A DNA stretch of 64,000 nucleotides from Callorhinchus milii (taxonomy: Eukaryota). The notes under the pieces were generated by a model. The model did not search any database. It saw only the letters and a list, made by a program, of their open reading frames with translations, and had not been told where the DNA came from. The stretch spans positions 51,524,001 through 51,588,000 of the forward strand of contig NW_024704742.1 of the NCBI RefSeq assembly GCF_018977255.1. The letters are read 5' to 3'. How positions within the stretch are numbered: position 1 is the stretch's first letter; every line of letters starts with the position of its first letter. The position numbers and the translations under genes are program-made. Shown here one piece after another: positions 50,223-62,494 of the stretch.

Positions 50223-50969
50223 AGTTCTTAAACATGGACAAGTGATATAATTAGTACACCTGTTTCCCACATTCATATCTAAATGTTCAGGTGAGGTAAA
50301 GGTGGTGGGTATAGGAGTGGGTGTGAGCAGGTTGAAGAGGTAGGGAGGACATGAAGTGATTTGTATGTGAGTGTAAGAATCCTGATATCGATCTGTTTGA
50401 GCAACAGGAGCCTAATGGAGCCTAGTAGGATCTAGGGCGTTGGGGTTACACAGTTTAGTATGGGTGAGGATATGGGCAATGGACATCTAAATCAGCTGGA
50501 CTTTGTGGATGATGGAGCTGAGGAGACCGATGGTAACAATGGGCAACATGTCTAAAAGTTGCTCTATGACCTGACAGGGATTTTTCCTCACCAATTGGGA
50601 AATGTATTACTTGCTCAACAGTGCAGTTTTCCCACTTTTTCTGTGCTCCGAGCAACACCCAGTGAATGAATTTCACAATTACTTGTACTTTGTAACAGTT
50701 GTACCTTGTTATTATGCTACCTGATGTATTTTCTCCAATAAGGGAAAATAGTTATTTTTCCTTTATTTTACTGATGAGTATTTTTTGTTCTGTAAAGATG
50801 ACTGGACATGCTATTTTTGAAATCTGTACCAATTTAGGAATTTGACATTTTAAAACATTCCACATATTACTGGGGTGACATATTTGGCTCATGCAGAACA
50901 AATTGCAGAATAGAACAATAACTAAAAACTGATCACATTCATGAATTGCTTCGGTTGTGAGGGAATTGC

Positions 50970-52270
50970 TTCGATACGGTTGACCACGCTATCCTACTCC
51001 ACCGCTTGTCCTCCCACCTCAACCTTCAAGGCACTGTCCTTGAATGGTTTAGGTCGTACCTTTCTCACCGTCTTCACTTTGTCTCAACGAATGGCTTCTC
51101 CTCCACCCCCCGTACTGTCTCATGTGGTGTCCCTCAGGGCTCTGTCCTCGGTCCCCTCCTCTTCACCCTCTATATGCTCCCCCTCGGTGACATCATCCGC
51201 AGACATGGAGTTAACTTCCACATGTATGCGGATGACACCCAACTCTACCTTTCCTCCTCTACTCTCAACTCCACGACCACCGATGTCCTGACAGCCTGCC
51301 TGTCCGACATCGAGTCCTGGACGAGAGACAACTTTCTTCAGCTCAACGTGCGAAAAACCGAGGCCCTCCTGATTGGCTCACGTCAGCGCCTCCGCACCTC
51401 AGGCGCTGACACCATCAGCATCCAAGGCTGCACTCTCCACCTCTCAAAGCCAGTCAGGAACCTCGGCGTTTTGTTCGACCCTGAGCTGTCCTTTCTCCCT
51501 CACATCCGCACCACAACTGGCACCGCCTTCCATCACCTCCGGAACATCGCCAGACTACGGCATTACCTCACCCCTCACGCTGCTGAAACCCTGGTCCACG
51601 CCTTTGTCACCTCAAGGCTGGACTATGGGAACTCTCTCCTCGCCGGCCTTCCCGCCACCTCCCTCCACAAGCTGCAGGTCATTCAGAACTCTGCAGCTCG
51701 TGTACTGTCCCGCACCAGGCTTCGGGACCACATCACTCCCACCCTCGCTCGCCTCCACTGGCTCCCCATCCCCCAGAGGATTGATTTCAAGATCCTCATC
51801 CTCACCTACAAGGCCATTCACGGCCTTGCTCCCTCCTACCTCTCCAACCTACTATCCCCCTACCTACCTGCCCGTACCCTCCGTTCCTCTGGCTCCGGTC
51901 TGCTCCACGTCCCCCGCCCCAACCGCCCTACCATCGGTGGTCGGGCCTTCAGCCTCTCAGCCCCGAGGCTCTGGAACTCCATCCCCCAGTGCCTTCGCCG
52001 CTTCCTCCCTTTCCTCCTTCAAGGCCGGTCTCAAAACCTTTCTCTTTGACCGTGCCTTCAGCTCCCCTCTCGACTCTCTTCCCCCTCCTCGCTCCCTCCC
52101 TTCCCTCCCCTCACCCTGACCATTTCCCCCTCCTCGCTCCCTCCCTTCCCTCCCCTCACCCTGACCATTTCCCCCCTGCTCGGGTCATGACCCAACTGTG
52201 CAGCGCCTTGGGACGTCCTCCTGACGTGAAAGGCGCTTTATAAATGGAATCTTGTTGTTGTTGTTGTTGC
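50970..52270 (+). mobile_element. Young 5'-truncated L2 (RT C-terminal half, 347-aa uninterrupted ORF 51006-52049)
   Basis: [55 protein letters not shown]; 3' stem-loop and (ttg)n. Confidence 0.97.
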
Positions 52271-52329
52271 TTGTGCAAGGCAAGGAGCAAAGTGCTATTC
52301 CGTTGATTATTTAAAAAAAGCAGGTTGAA

Positions 52330-53286
52330 AACAACAACAACAACATGATTGCATTTATAGAGCGCCTTTCACATCGGGAGGACGTCCCAAGGCGCTGGAC
52401 AGTTGGGTCGGGACCCGAGCAGGGGGGAAATAATAATAAATAATAATAATCCTTGCATTTGATATAGCGCTTTTCACGTCTTCTAGACGTCCCAAAGCGC
52501 TTCACAGAATATACTGTAAGGTGAATTGACTGTATATTTGTGGGCAAACGCGGCAGCCAATTGCGCACAGCAGTGTCCCACAAACAGTAGTAGATTGCAA
52601 ATGACCAATTTATCATCGTTTTTTTTTGGAGGGATTATTACTAGGCATGTGGAGTAAGGAAACTTGCCCAAGGTTTCGCCCTCTGCCTGGAATTGAACTC
52701 AGGTTTCTTGCTTGCAAAGCCAGTGCTCTAACCACTGAGCTACAGGTCTCCACAAGCTGCAGGTCATTCAGAACTCTGCAGCTCGTGTACTGTCCCGCAC
52801 CAGGCATCGCGACCACATCACTCCCACCCTCGCTAACCTCCACTGATCAGGGTGAAGGGAGGGAAGGGAGAGAGCGACGAGGGGGTAGAGAGTCGAGAGG
52901 GGAGCTGAAGGCACGTTGAGGAGAAAGGTCTTGAGACCGGCCTTGAAGGAGGAAAGGGAGGAAGCGGCGAAGGCACTGGGGGATGGAGTTCCAGAGCCTC
53001 GGGGCTGAGAGGCTGAAAACCCGACCACCGATGGTAGGGTGGTTGGGGCAGGGGATGTGGAGCAGACCGGAGCCAGAGGCACGGAGGGTACGGGCAGGTA
53101 AGTAGGGGGATAGTAGGTTGGAGAGGTAGGAGGGTGCAAGGTCGTGAATGGCCTTGTTGGTGAGGGTGAGGATCTTGAATTCGATCCTCTGGGGGATGGG
53201 GAGCCAGTGGAGGCGAGCGAGGGTGGGAGTGATGTGTTCCCGAAGCCTGGTGCGGGACAGTACACGAGCTGCAGAGTTCTGAATGA
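52330..53286 (-). mobile_element. Young L2 3' end split at ggggggaaat^ by a SINE and a plus-strand L2 filler
   Basis: 52330-52431 and 52847-53286 are contiguous in the 35237-35790 copy. Confidence 0.92.
52430..52751 (-). mobile_element. tRNA-SINE (similar deletion variant to 13101-13420)
   Basis: Shared cgccctctgcctggaattgaactcagg and similar internal deletion. Confidence 0.92.
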
Positions 53287-53506
53287 AAAGACAATGCAAG
53301 AAGAGTAGCAAACTGATTGTTATTTGAGAACAGTTTAATTGTTGGGATGGGGGTGCAGGTGGGAGATGGAGAGAGCATGGCTGAACTACATAAAAGCACC
53401 TTTGATTCAAACAAGCGAGCGAGAGGACAGGTACAAGCGAGAGGACCTGGGTTTGATTCCTGGGCAGGGCGAAATCTTAGGCAAGTTTCCTTACTCCATA
53501 TGCCTC
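53287..53506 (+). repeat. Duplicate of unique DNA plus SINE fragment from 35791-36010
   Basis: About 220 bp with 3 substitutions by eye. Confidence 0.95.
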
Positions 53507-54066
53507 GGAGGCGCTGACGTGAGCCAATCAGGAGGGCCTCAGTTTTGCATACGCTGAGCTGAAGAAAGTTGTCTCTTGTCCAGGACTCGATGTCGGACAG
53601 GCAGCTGTCAGGACATCGGTGGTCGTGGAGTTGAGGGTAGAGGAGGAAAGGTAGAGTTGGGTGTCATCCGCATACATGTGGAAGTTAACCCCATGTCTGC
53701 GGATGATGTCACCAAGGGGGAGCATATAGAGGGTGAAGAGGAGGGGACCGAGGACAGAGCCCTGAGGGACACCGCACGACACAGTGCGGGGGCTGGAGGA
53801 AAAGCCGTTTGCAGAGACAAAAATGAAGACGGTGGGAGAGGTACGACCTAAACCACTCAAGGACAGGGCCTTGAAGGTTGAGGTGGGAGGACAAGCGGTG
53901 GAGGAGGATAGAGTAGTCGACCGTATCGAATGCGGCTGATAGGTCGAGGAGGACCAGGAGGCAGAGGGAGCCCTGGTCGCAGATGGTCAAGATGTCATTG
54001 GTGACCTTGACCAGGGTGGTTTCCGTGCTATGGGCAGCATGGAAACCCGACTGGAGGGGTTCAAAA
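53506..54066 (-). mobile_element. L2 RT fragment
   Basis: [35 protein letters not shown]; reverse complement of 50970-51395 plus upstream L2 sequence. Confidence 0.95.
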
Positions 54067-54311
54067 AATGCCTGAACAAAAAAACTGCAGGGTCAACGGC
54101 ACAAGCATCTGGAAAATAAAATGCTTTGTGATCTAAAGTTTACATAAAGATAATCCATGGCAATGCTGGTTGAGATAATCTCAAAGCAGTTCTTGTGAGT
54201 AGGCCAGTCATGCATGGGGCTCCCTGTATGAGGTGTACTTTATAGCCCTATAGACTTCTTCTGGTGCTTCTGCCTTTCATCTATAATTCTCCTATTCCAG
54301 CACATTTTCAG

Positions 54312-55670
54312 ATCATAAGACCAGAAGACATAGGAGCAGGAATAGACCATTCGGCCCCTCGAGCCTGCCCCACCATTTAATAAGATCATAGCTGATTTTC
54401 TAACCTAATTCCATTTACCCGCGCTATCCCTATATCCTTTAATGCCTCTATCCTTTAGAAATCTTACAACCTCAGCCTTGAATATGTTCAAAGACTGAGC
54501 ATCCACAGCCTTCTGAGGTAGAGAATTCCACAAATTCATTACCCTCTGAGTGAAGAAATGTTCCCTCAACTCAGTTCGAAAAGGTTGACCCTTAATCTTG
54601 AGACTATGACCACTAGTTTTAGATTCTCCAACCAGGGGAAACAATCACGCGGCATCTACCCTGTCAAGGCCCTTAAGAATCTTATAGGTTTCTATAAGAT
54701 CACCTCTAATTCTTCTATATTCTAGAGAATATAGGCCTAGTTTACTCAACCTATCCTCATAGGTCAACCCCCTCATCCCAGGAACCAACCTAGTGAATCT
54801 ACGCTCCACCCCATTTAAGGCGAGTATGTCCTCTCTTAAATAAGGAGACCAAAACTGCACATCATATTCTAGGTGCGGTCTCACCAAGGTCTTATACAAC
54901 TGCAGCAAGACTTCCAACATGGCATTAACCTTCCTTGTCGCAACCCTATCACCCCCATCCTTGCCCAACTCCACTGGCTTCCCATCAAATAGATGATACA
55001 GTTCAAGATCCTGGTCCACACCTTCAAAGCCCTCCATGGCCTTGCTCCCCCCTACCTCTCCAACCTCCTAACCCCATACCAACCTGTTCGCTCCCTCCGC
55101 TCAGCGGGCTCCGGCCTGCTTCACATCCCCTGCCTTGCTTGCCCCACTATCGACGGGCGGGCCTTCCGCCACTCTGCACCCACCCTCTGGAACTCCATCC
55201 CACAGTCCCTCCATCTCATCCCTTCCCTCGCCACCTTCAAGACCCACATCAAGACTCTCCTCTTTGACCGTGCTTTCGATCTGCTTGCTGCCTCCCCCCG
55301 CCCTCCCCCTCCCCCACACCGACCCTCAGCTCGGGTCTGTAACTCTGTCTGTCCAGCACCTTGGGACCTGAAAGGCACTATACAAATGTAATTTGTTGTT
55401 GTTGTTACTTGCTGTACCTGCATACTAACTTTGTATGACTGGTGTACAAGGACACCCAAATCCCTCTGAACACTAACATTATCCAGTCTCTCCCCCTCTA
55501 GAAAATAATCCGCTTTTCTATTTTTACTACCTAGGTGAATAACTTCACACTTCCCCACTTTATATTCCATCTGCCACCTACTCGCCCACTCACCTAGCCT
55601 GTCTGTTTCCCTTTGCATTCTTTGTGTGTCATCCTCACAGCTTACTCTCCCACCTGTCTTCGTATCGTTT
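54312..55670 (-). mobile_element. CR1 3' end split by L2 (54936-55407)
   Basis: WQMEYKVGKCEVIHLG..RDLGVLVH | LYKTLVRPHLEY..FFTQRVMNLWNSLP. Confidence 0.93.
54936..55407 (+). mobile_element. L2 3' end with in-frame C-terminus
   Basis: IQFKILVHTFKALHGLAPPYL..LWNSIPQSLHL..FKTHIKTLLFDRAF; (ttg)n. Confidence 0.93.
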
Positions 55671-56744
55671 TCGACCCCTTGAAGTCATTGCAGAATGAGC
55701 AGCCACTCCAAGTAAACTTTCCAGATCTACATTCAGGTTTAGCAAACGGTCAAAGGCAGCAATTAGAAGACATTCTGTCATTTCTAATAATATGCAAAAC
55801 TGTATAAAGACGCGAGATCTGCATAACAGATATCAACTCAATGTTACAGAAAAGTTCAGTAATTCTTGGCTTAGTTTAGTGATGACTCTTTGTAATCTAC
55901 AAACATAGTGTATGCTTATATTTATCACACACACTGTACCATACATAGTTCACCTACAATGCACAACAGAGCTTAAGACATGAACTCTGGATGTCCAGCA
56001 ACATACAGGTGTGAGAAAAGCACAGTTCAGTGTTATGCGTTGCAGAACCATGATATCATTTAAACACAGCAGACCTTAATATGCAGCACATGCTCAACCA
56101 TCATTACATAGAACTTAACAAGCTTTCCTTTATCCATATTGTTCCCATATGTCAGCCCCCAGTGGTAATAGCAAGGCCCCAGTGAATGCAGAGAGCTAGA
56201 CTGCAAGGTTCCCAATGTTAGGAATGATGTGTGAATGGAGTTGAGAACTGTGTGACAGTATACAAGTGCACAAGGCTGTCATATGATGAGTGTGTCTGAT
56301 GAATTCTATCATCACGTTTCTCATGCCAGAACTCCATGGCGCCAGGTTCTGTTTAGATTTGTTCACTGGAGGCTCAGAGGGTCAAGCACATTATGACACA
56401 TAAACATATTGGCCAGTATTAGCTCACAAGACCTATGTGAGACAAGGAGCTTACTGTACTGTTCACTTCTTAACTCATTCAGTACTGAATAGGTTATTAT
56501 GGTTTGTAAAAACTCGAATTGGAGTGTTTTATGCCTTACTGTTTCTAGTGATTTGTGAAGGTTACCAGTAGGCTACAAATCACATTGAAGGTGTTGATGA
56601 CTATGATAAACTTTATTCTCAATGAAGACCAATCATTTTCTACACATTGTTACCATTGCGATGGCAGTCTAAAAGATAAAGTGATCATTCAAAAGAAATT
56701 CTGAACTAATGCTCAGTGCAAAAGATAGTAATGTACCAATGCTT

Positions 56745-56890
56745 GGAGTCAGCTTGGCTCCGTTGTCAGACCTCTTGCTTCTCAATCACAAAATTGTAGG
56801 TTCAGGTCCCATGTGGGGATTTAAATTCATAGTATAAGCTCCCACTCTAGTGCATTACTGAGGGACTGCTGCATTGTCAGAGTCTTTGAA
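56745..56890 (+). mobile_element. Deu-SINE 5' portion
   Basis: gtcagcttggctc..aggttcaggtccc..ctagtgcattactgagggactgctgcattgtc. Confidence 0.75.
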
Positions 56891-58469
56891 TGAGTCTCAC
56901 ACAAGTCCTTCAGTAAACAGACTCTTCTGCTTTAACCTGAGTAACTGCGCTCCAACCAAAAGTTACTGAAGAACAGGGGGAAAATCCTTCATAGAATGCC
57001 ATTTTATCTCAGATCTTGGTATACTGATCTTCAAATGAATACTTTGATCACAATTTGCAATACATTCTCCAATGAACATCCACCCACAAACAAACATACT
57101 AAATTAAAAAAGTACTTCCCTCAATATGCAGATATCATTATTGGTTGGTAATGACTGTTCGAATTCTTTACAAGGTGGTGTTAAGTCTTTTAGATCTTAA
57201 TTAACAAGCTTCAAGTTGGTTTGAAGTTGGAGTCCGGGATTAAACCCTCTCAATCACACATATTTGAACTACTTACCTTCAGAAAAGGAGGTGGGAGGAG
57301 AAAAATCGGTAGAGGTACAAAAACACATTTATGGACAAGATGGAAGAGACATGCTTTAAGGAGGTTTTTGAAATCATGGAGAGGTGTAGGTAGGAAAGTT
57401 AGTTTGGGAAAAGAGACCAGATATAGTACACTGGGGCCAAGACTGTGGATGAATTTGAATAACATGACAAGGATCCTAAACTTGATCCTCTGAGGTACTC
57501 GAAGCCAATGAGGCTTTTCCTCTCTGACCAAGGGCTCACAATAGTGAAGGGTCCAAATACTAGGGAATACAAGGCCGAAATAAAAATAAGGCAAAACAGT
57601 TTTATATAAAGAGCAATAGACTTGTGGAATCAATAAGTAGGGGTGGACGCTAAATGGGCTTAATCAATTCAATAGATTTCAAGATGCATTACTGGAGATA
57701 GAGGTGAAAGGCAAGTTTGTGGCATTAAGATCTATCAAAAAGTTACAGATGTGTTTTTTACCCTGTTCCAAACATACCTTGTGTTCTTACAAACTGATAG
57801 ACATGTGATCAGATCCCTCTCAGGTAAAATAACAAATGTAGTTATGTTCAAGCTTATTGGTTTTGCATTTCAAAAGCAAATCTGATTAAATAGAACCTGA
57901 TCAGAATAGTTCTTATCAATTGTTCTTTTCCCAACTTTAACTAAACTTTAGTCAACCCACAACCTTCTGACTCAGAGGCGAGAGTGCTACCATTGCGCCA
58001 GGCTGACACACACACATGCTGAAGAAAATCTAAAGAGGTCAGCCTGTTCATATTGGCACCACGCCCGTGTTTCCATCTGCATGAATTACTGTGTTGAGTG
58101 GAGGATGTCTGGAGTCAAATACAGTTAAATGAGATTGAATTGATTAAAATAATTGATTGTAATTTCAGTCAATCCTATCAAACAAAAATGGAGATTATAA
58201 AATTTACTGTATTAAGCGGTACATTAGCTTTGACTTCAAATCAAAATTAATGAAGGAGTGTTCCTTTTTAAGTAACCAAATAAATTTACTGTTGCAGCTG
58301 CAATCACATTTTAGTTTACAGGGCATTGTTATGGGAATATACTCTCAAACTACTTTACAAAAGTTCAAGATGCAACACCACCAACAAATGACATTTGTAT
58401 TGCGCCTTTCACGTCGGGCGGACGTCATAAGGCGCTGGACAGTCAGGGATTTGGACCCAAGTTCCTAAG

Positions 58470-59135
58470 CCAGGCGGTCTGCAGTATCCCAGGGCACTGC
58501 TGATGAAAGCACAGCCAGTCTGGTCCAAGCTATTGTCAAGATAGGGCAGCAAGCAAGCTATGGAAAGCTTGCTGGACAGCAATATCAATGGCAAGCTATA
58601 TCGTTTTAGCTGGTTAGACTCCAGCAGTTACCCCAATGCACACTCTGGCATCCCCAATCCTTGGCTTTTGCAAATCTGCACCTGGTACTCTACAGAATTA
58701 GGTAAGCAGGATGCCTCCCACTAGGCAGAGAGTGCGCATTCCATTCCAATAAACATCTCTGAAATTTCCATATCAGAATAGTTTTATCAATTGTTCTTTA
58801 CCCAACATTAACTAAAATTTAGTCAGGGCCAAGAAGACAAATTGCTAGAAATTAGCAGTTTATGAAAGCTGACTATAATAAAATAATATATTTATTAATC
58901 TACAATCCATTTATGTTTGAGAGATGAGTTTAGAGATAATAATAATTCTTGCATTTGATATAGCTCCTTCTCATGACTTTGAGACATCTCAAAGTGTGTC
59001 AAGGATGTACTGTAAAGTGGATTGACTGTATTTTGTGGGTGAAATGCAGCACGGAACTCTGCTTGGTTTGGATACTCTTAAGCATGGTGATGGGTTTCCA
59101 TATGTATCAGACACCCGGCTGACCCCAAAAAAGCT
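58470..59135 (+). mobile_element. Unclassified non-LTR family 3' part in two pieces (58470-58770, 59052-59135), with a SINE tail (58937-59050, minus) between
   Basis: Reverse complement of 8505-8970; ends tcagacacc..aaaaaa. Confidence 0.75.
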
Positions 59136-59619
59136 TTTCACAGCTGTTCTAGAAATATCCGATCGAAACTTAATCTTTTACATTAAGCAGTGTTAACATG
59201 ACCTCTGGTTCCCGTTGACTTTAAAAAATGTGTGAGCCACCTGTGAATAGCACTGATCTTTAGCATAAAATATCGTTTGACCACTCTCAAAATGTAACAC
59301 ATTTTGTACACAGAACACAGCCTTTCTAATACCCACCATCGACTGTTGACCAAGACACTGAATGTCATGGGATCTTAAATGTCAGGCAGACAAGACACTG
59401 TTTTAACATCTTATTGAAAGATAACATTTCTGGCAGGCAGCACTCCTTCAGCGGTGTACTGACAAATCGATCTGGACTGTGAGCTCTTTGATCCAAACTG
59501 ACCAACCCTGTACAAGAGGAAGTCCATCTCAATTATTACTGTAATGTGAAATGTTATGTATGCAGTCATCTCAAAAGTTCACTTAAGTTTTGTTTGTGGC
59601 ACAGAAATAATGTACCAAA

Positions 59620-59970
59620 CCTTTCATTTTATATAGTGCATTTATAATGATGAAATGGCTCAAAGTGCTTTACAGGGAATTGTGTAATTGCAGGTGAATA
59701 TGGCAGCCAATTTGCACACAAGTTCCCATAAGTGGGAAGTGAATGACCAATTGATCTGGAGCACTGATATCAGTCAATGAGCACTGTCAATGAATCTTAA
59801 ACATCAGGCTGATGGCACTTCAATTTAAAGGCTTCCTGAAAGATGGCATGGCTGTCAATTGTCGAATATGTATCAGTCTGGACTGCGAGCTCAGGCACAA
59901 GATGGGGCTTGAACACACAGCCTTTTGAATCCAGAGGTGAGAATGCTGCTAATTGAGCCAAACTGATACT
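59620..59970 (-). mobile_element. Old Deu-SINE
   Basis: ggcagccaatttgcacac..gaaagatggca..attgagccaaactgata. Confidence 0.7.
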
Positions 59971-60139
59971 TTAAGGTATCATTTCAAGTTGATAGCAAAA
60001 TAATAATAATATTTTTAAATGTCTTTTAAATTAATTTGCCTTCTCCTACTCACAATTTGCCTTCACTTCTCCTTGGAAAGGAAATTTGAAAGCTCTTTAT
60101 ATGTTTTTCTACTACACACATTGTTCTCTGCATATGTTT

Positions 60140-60580
60140 AATAATAATAATGAACTTTGCACTTGCTCAGTGACCTTTCATTGTAAGGTTGTCATCTCAA
60201 AGTGCTTCACAAGATTTTCTGTGAAATATAACAACTGTGGATTTTGCAGGTAAACGCAGCAGTCAATGTTTACAGTGTTGTCCCACAACAGCCATGAAGT
60301 GAATGATCAATTTTATCTGAAGTGTTGGTGGTCAGGACCCCTTCCTCTTTTCAAATAATGCCATGGGATTTTTAAAGTCTACCCTTACCTGAGCTACAGG
60401 TGGCATATCAGTTTTATATCTCATCTGAAGTACATCAGCTCCAACAATAGAGCCGCAACTCACCCTACACTGCGCTGCAGTGTTAGCCCAGTCTGTGAGT
60501 TTGAGGTCCCAATGTGGGGCTTTATCCCACGACCTTCTGACTCAGAGGCGAGAATTTTACCAACTGAGCCAGGCTGACAT
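60140..60580 (-). mobile_element. Near full-length Deu-SINE
   Basis: (aat)n..tgccatgggattttt..accttctgactcagaggcgaga..ctgagccaggctgaca. Confidence 0.85.
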
Positions 60581-62494
60581 CTAAATATCACTGTTCCATG
60601 CTTATTTGGTTATGTCATGCTTACTTCCAGTTGTGTTCATTTAATGGAAACCACTTAGGAGTAGTACTTCATTTTAACCTTCTTATACACCTAATTTATT
60701 TCCCCCATCGAGCAGATACAACAAAATATTTGGTAGGAGGCGAGAATAGAAAAGAATGTTAAATAACTTGGGAAATTGTTATGATATAAAGGATATTTTA
60801 TATACACAGCAGAGAGTAAATGTCCTCTGCTTTATCTCGCTTCTTGTGTCCTCATATATGGCAGCTTAAATGTGTGCAGAAATTTAGCACAAAACAAAGA
60901 AAATTAATATTCAGTGTAAGGTGAGCTCCAAGTCAAAGATGGGGCTTGAACGAACAACCTTACAGGTGGAGCTAAACCATGACAGTGGCTTGTAATACAT
61001 AATATCAAAGAGCAACTAAACAAATAATGGAACAAGACTTTCTCACTTTCATATCCCATATTTCATATGTAAATTTCAGATGAAAATGTTCTGGATTAAG
61101 TGCAACTTTTGATGAAAAGTACAGGTGCACGACTGTACTCAAAGGGAACAATGAGGCAATTAAATATAATCTTTTGCTAGAAGAGGGAAAATGCTTCCCC
61201 AGGCAAACTGTAACATACTCTGCTGTTTTTGTGACCATTATTTGACTACTTTAATAAAATATCCTTCAAGACGATCAGTATTTATTGACTACTTTTTCCC
61301 TTCTATTTGAACGTACAGGATTCATTTGGCAACATTTTAACCAAAAATGTATTTTCAGAAAATATTTGTGCAAACTATTTACTGTCCATTAGAGGATTTG
61401 CAGGTGATTTCCAAACAATAACAACACATTGGTGAATTTTACATTTTTGCAATGTTGGACAAATAGTAGAATATGCTGGATCTGATGAAGATGTGAGAGT
61501 AGGGAAATTATCCACCTTGTTGAAAGCAGCCAAAACCATTTATGGCTGCACATTAGAGGCTAATGGTCTATAATGAGATCTAATTTGCGAATCGTGTAAA
61601 CCATCTATAGGGATTCAAAAATCAGATGTAATTCTTTTCACTGGTTGTTAATTACATACAGAATAAACCCATTATTAGGTACTCTGGTTTAGCACAGGTT
61701 CATTTATAGCACTACTGTGGAGCACCTTTGGACATCTCCTGATATGAAAGGCGCTATATATATGAAATTTGCTGTTATGTATGAAATTTGTTGTTGTTGT
61801 GACTCAAGTAGACCAAATGTGTAGTGTGCTTCCACAGCTTCTCTCTGATTGTGAGTAAATTTACTAACCTCATCATTCCATTTAACTCCTGGAAACTGCT
61901 CCAGAAGTAGATCATGTCAGACAAGGTTCTCTGGGTCACCATTTCGTATTACTGGAAATACTTTCTGCTATATGCACATTGATTCTTTTCTTTATGAGTA
62001 ATAACTCATCATATTCCTATTATCACCCTCATGTCACCTTGCCATAAGCAGCAGAGAATAATAATAATAATTCTTGCAATCAAGGTCAGGAAGATGCTTC
62101 AAAGTGCTTGACAAGATGTACAGTAAAATGTAGTGACTGCATTTTGCAGACAAGATCCAGGCTGACAGTCAATCTGCTCCAATAAGTAAATAAAATGAAA
62201 AGTTTTAATTAATTGATATAAATCATGTTAATTAATTTGTACTTAAAAAAAATAAATGCAATAAACCCAATGCTAATTCTGCCATATAGTCAGTCACTAC
62301 AAGATGCAGGTAGCTCCCAGGATCCCGGCAATTCCACCATTTCATATGAAATAACACCTTGCCATTTGGAAGAACAAATGCACAAAGTAAACTCTTAGAA
62401 CCCACCCCTATTATTGACACCACTGACAAAAAAAAACAATATGAAATAACAATGTCCTACATATAGTGTACATTTCTTTTTTTGTGAGCTTTTG

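Noticed and set aside
51006..52049. 347-aa ORF as a host gene or active element
   Set aside because: 5'-truncated L2 ORF2; lacks the endonuclease and the RT N-terminus.
56283..56325. Hairpin with CTGATGA as a hammerhead
   Set aside because: No downstream GAAA box or stem II in the required order.
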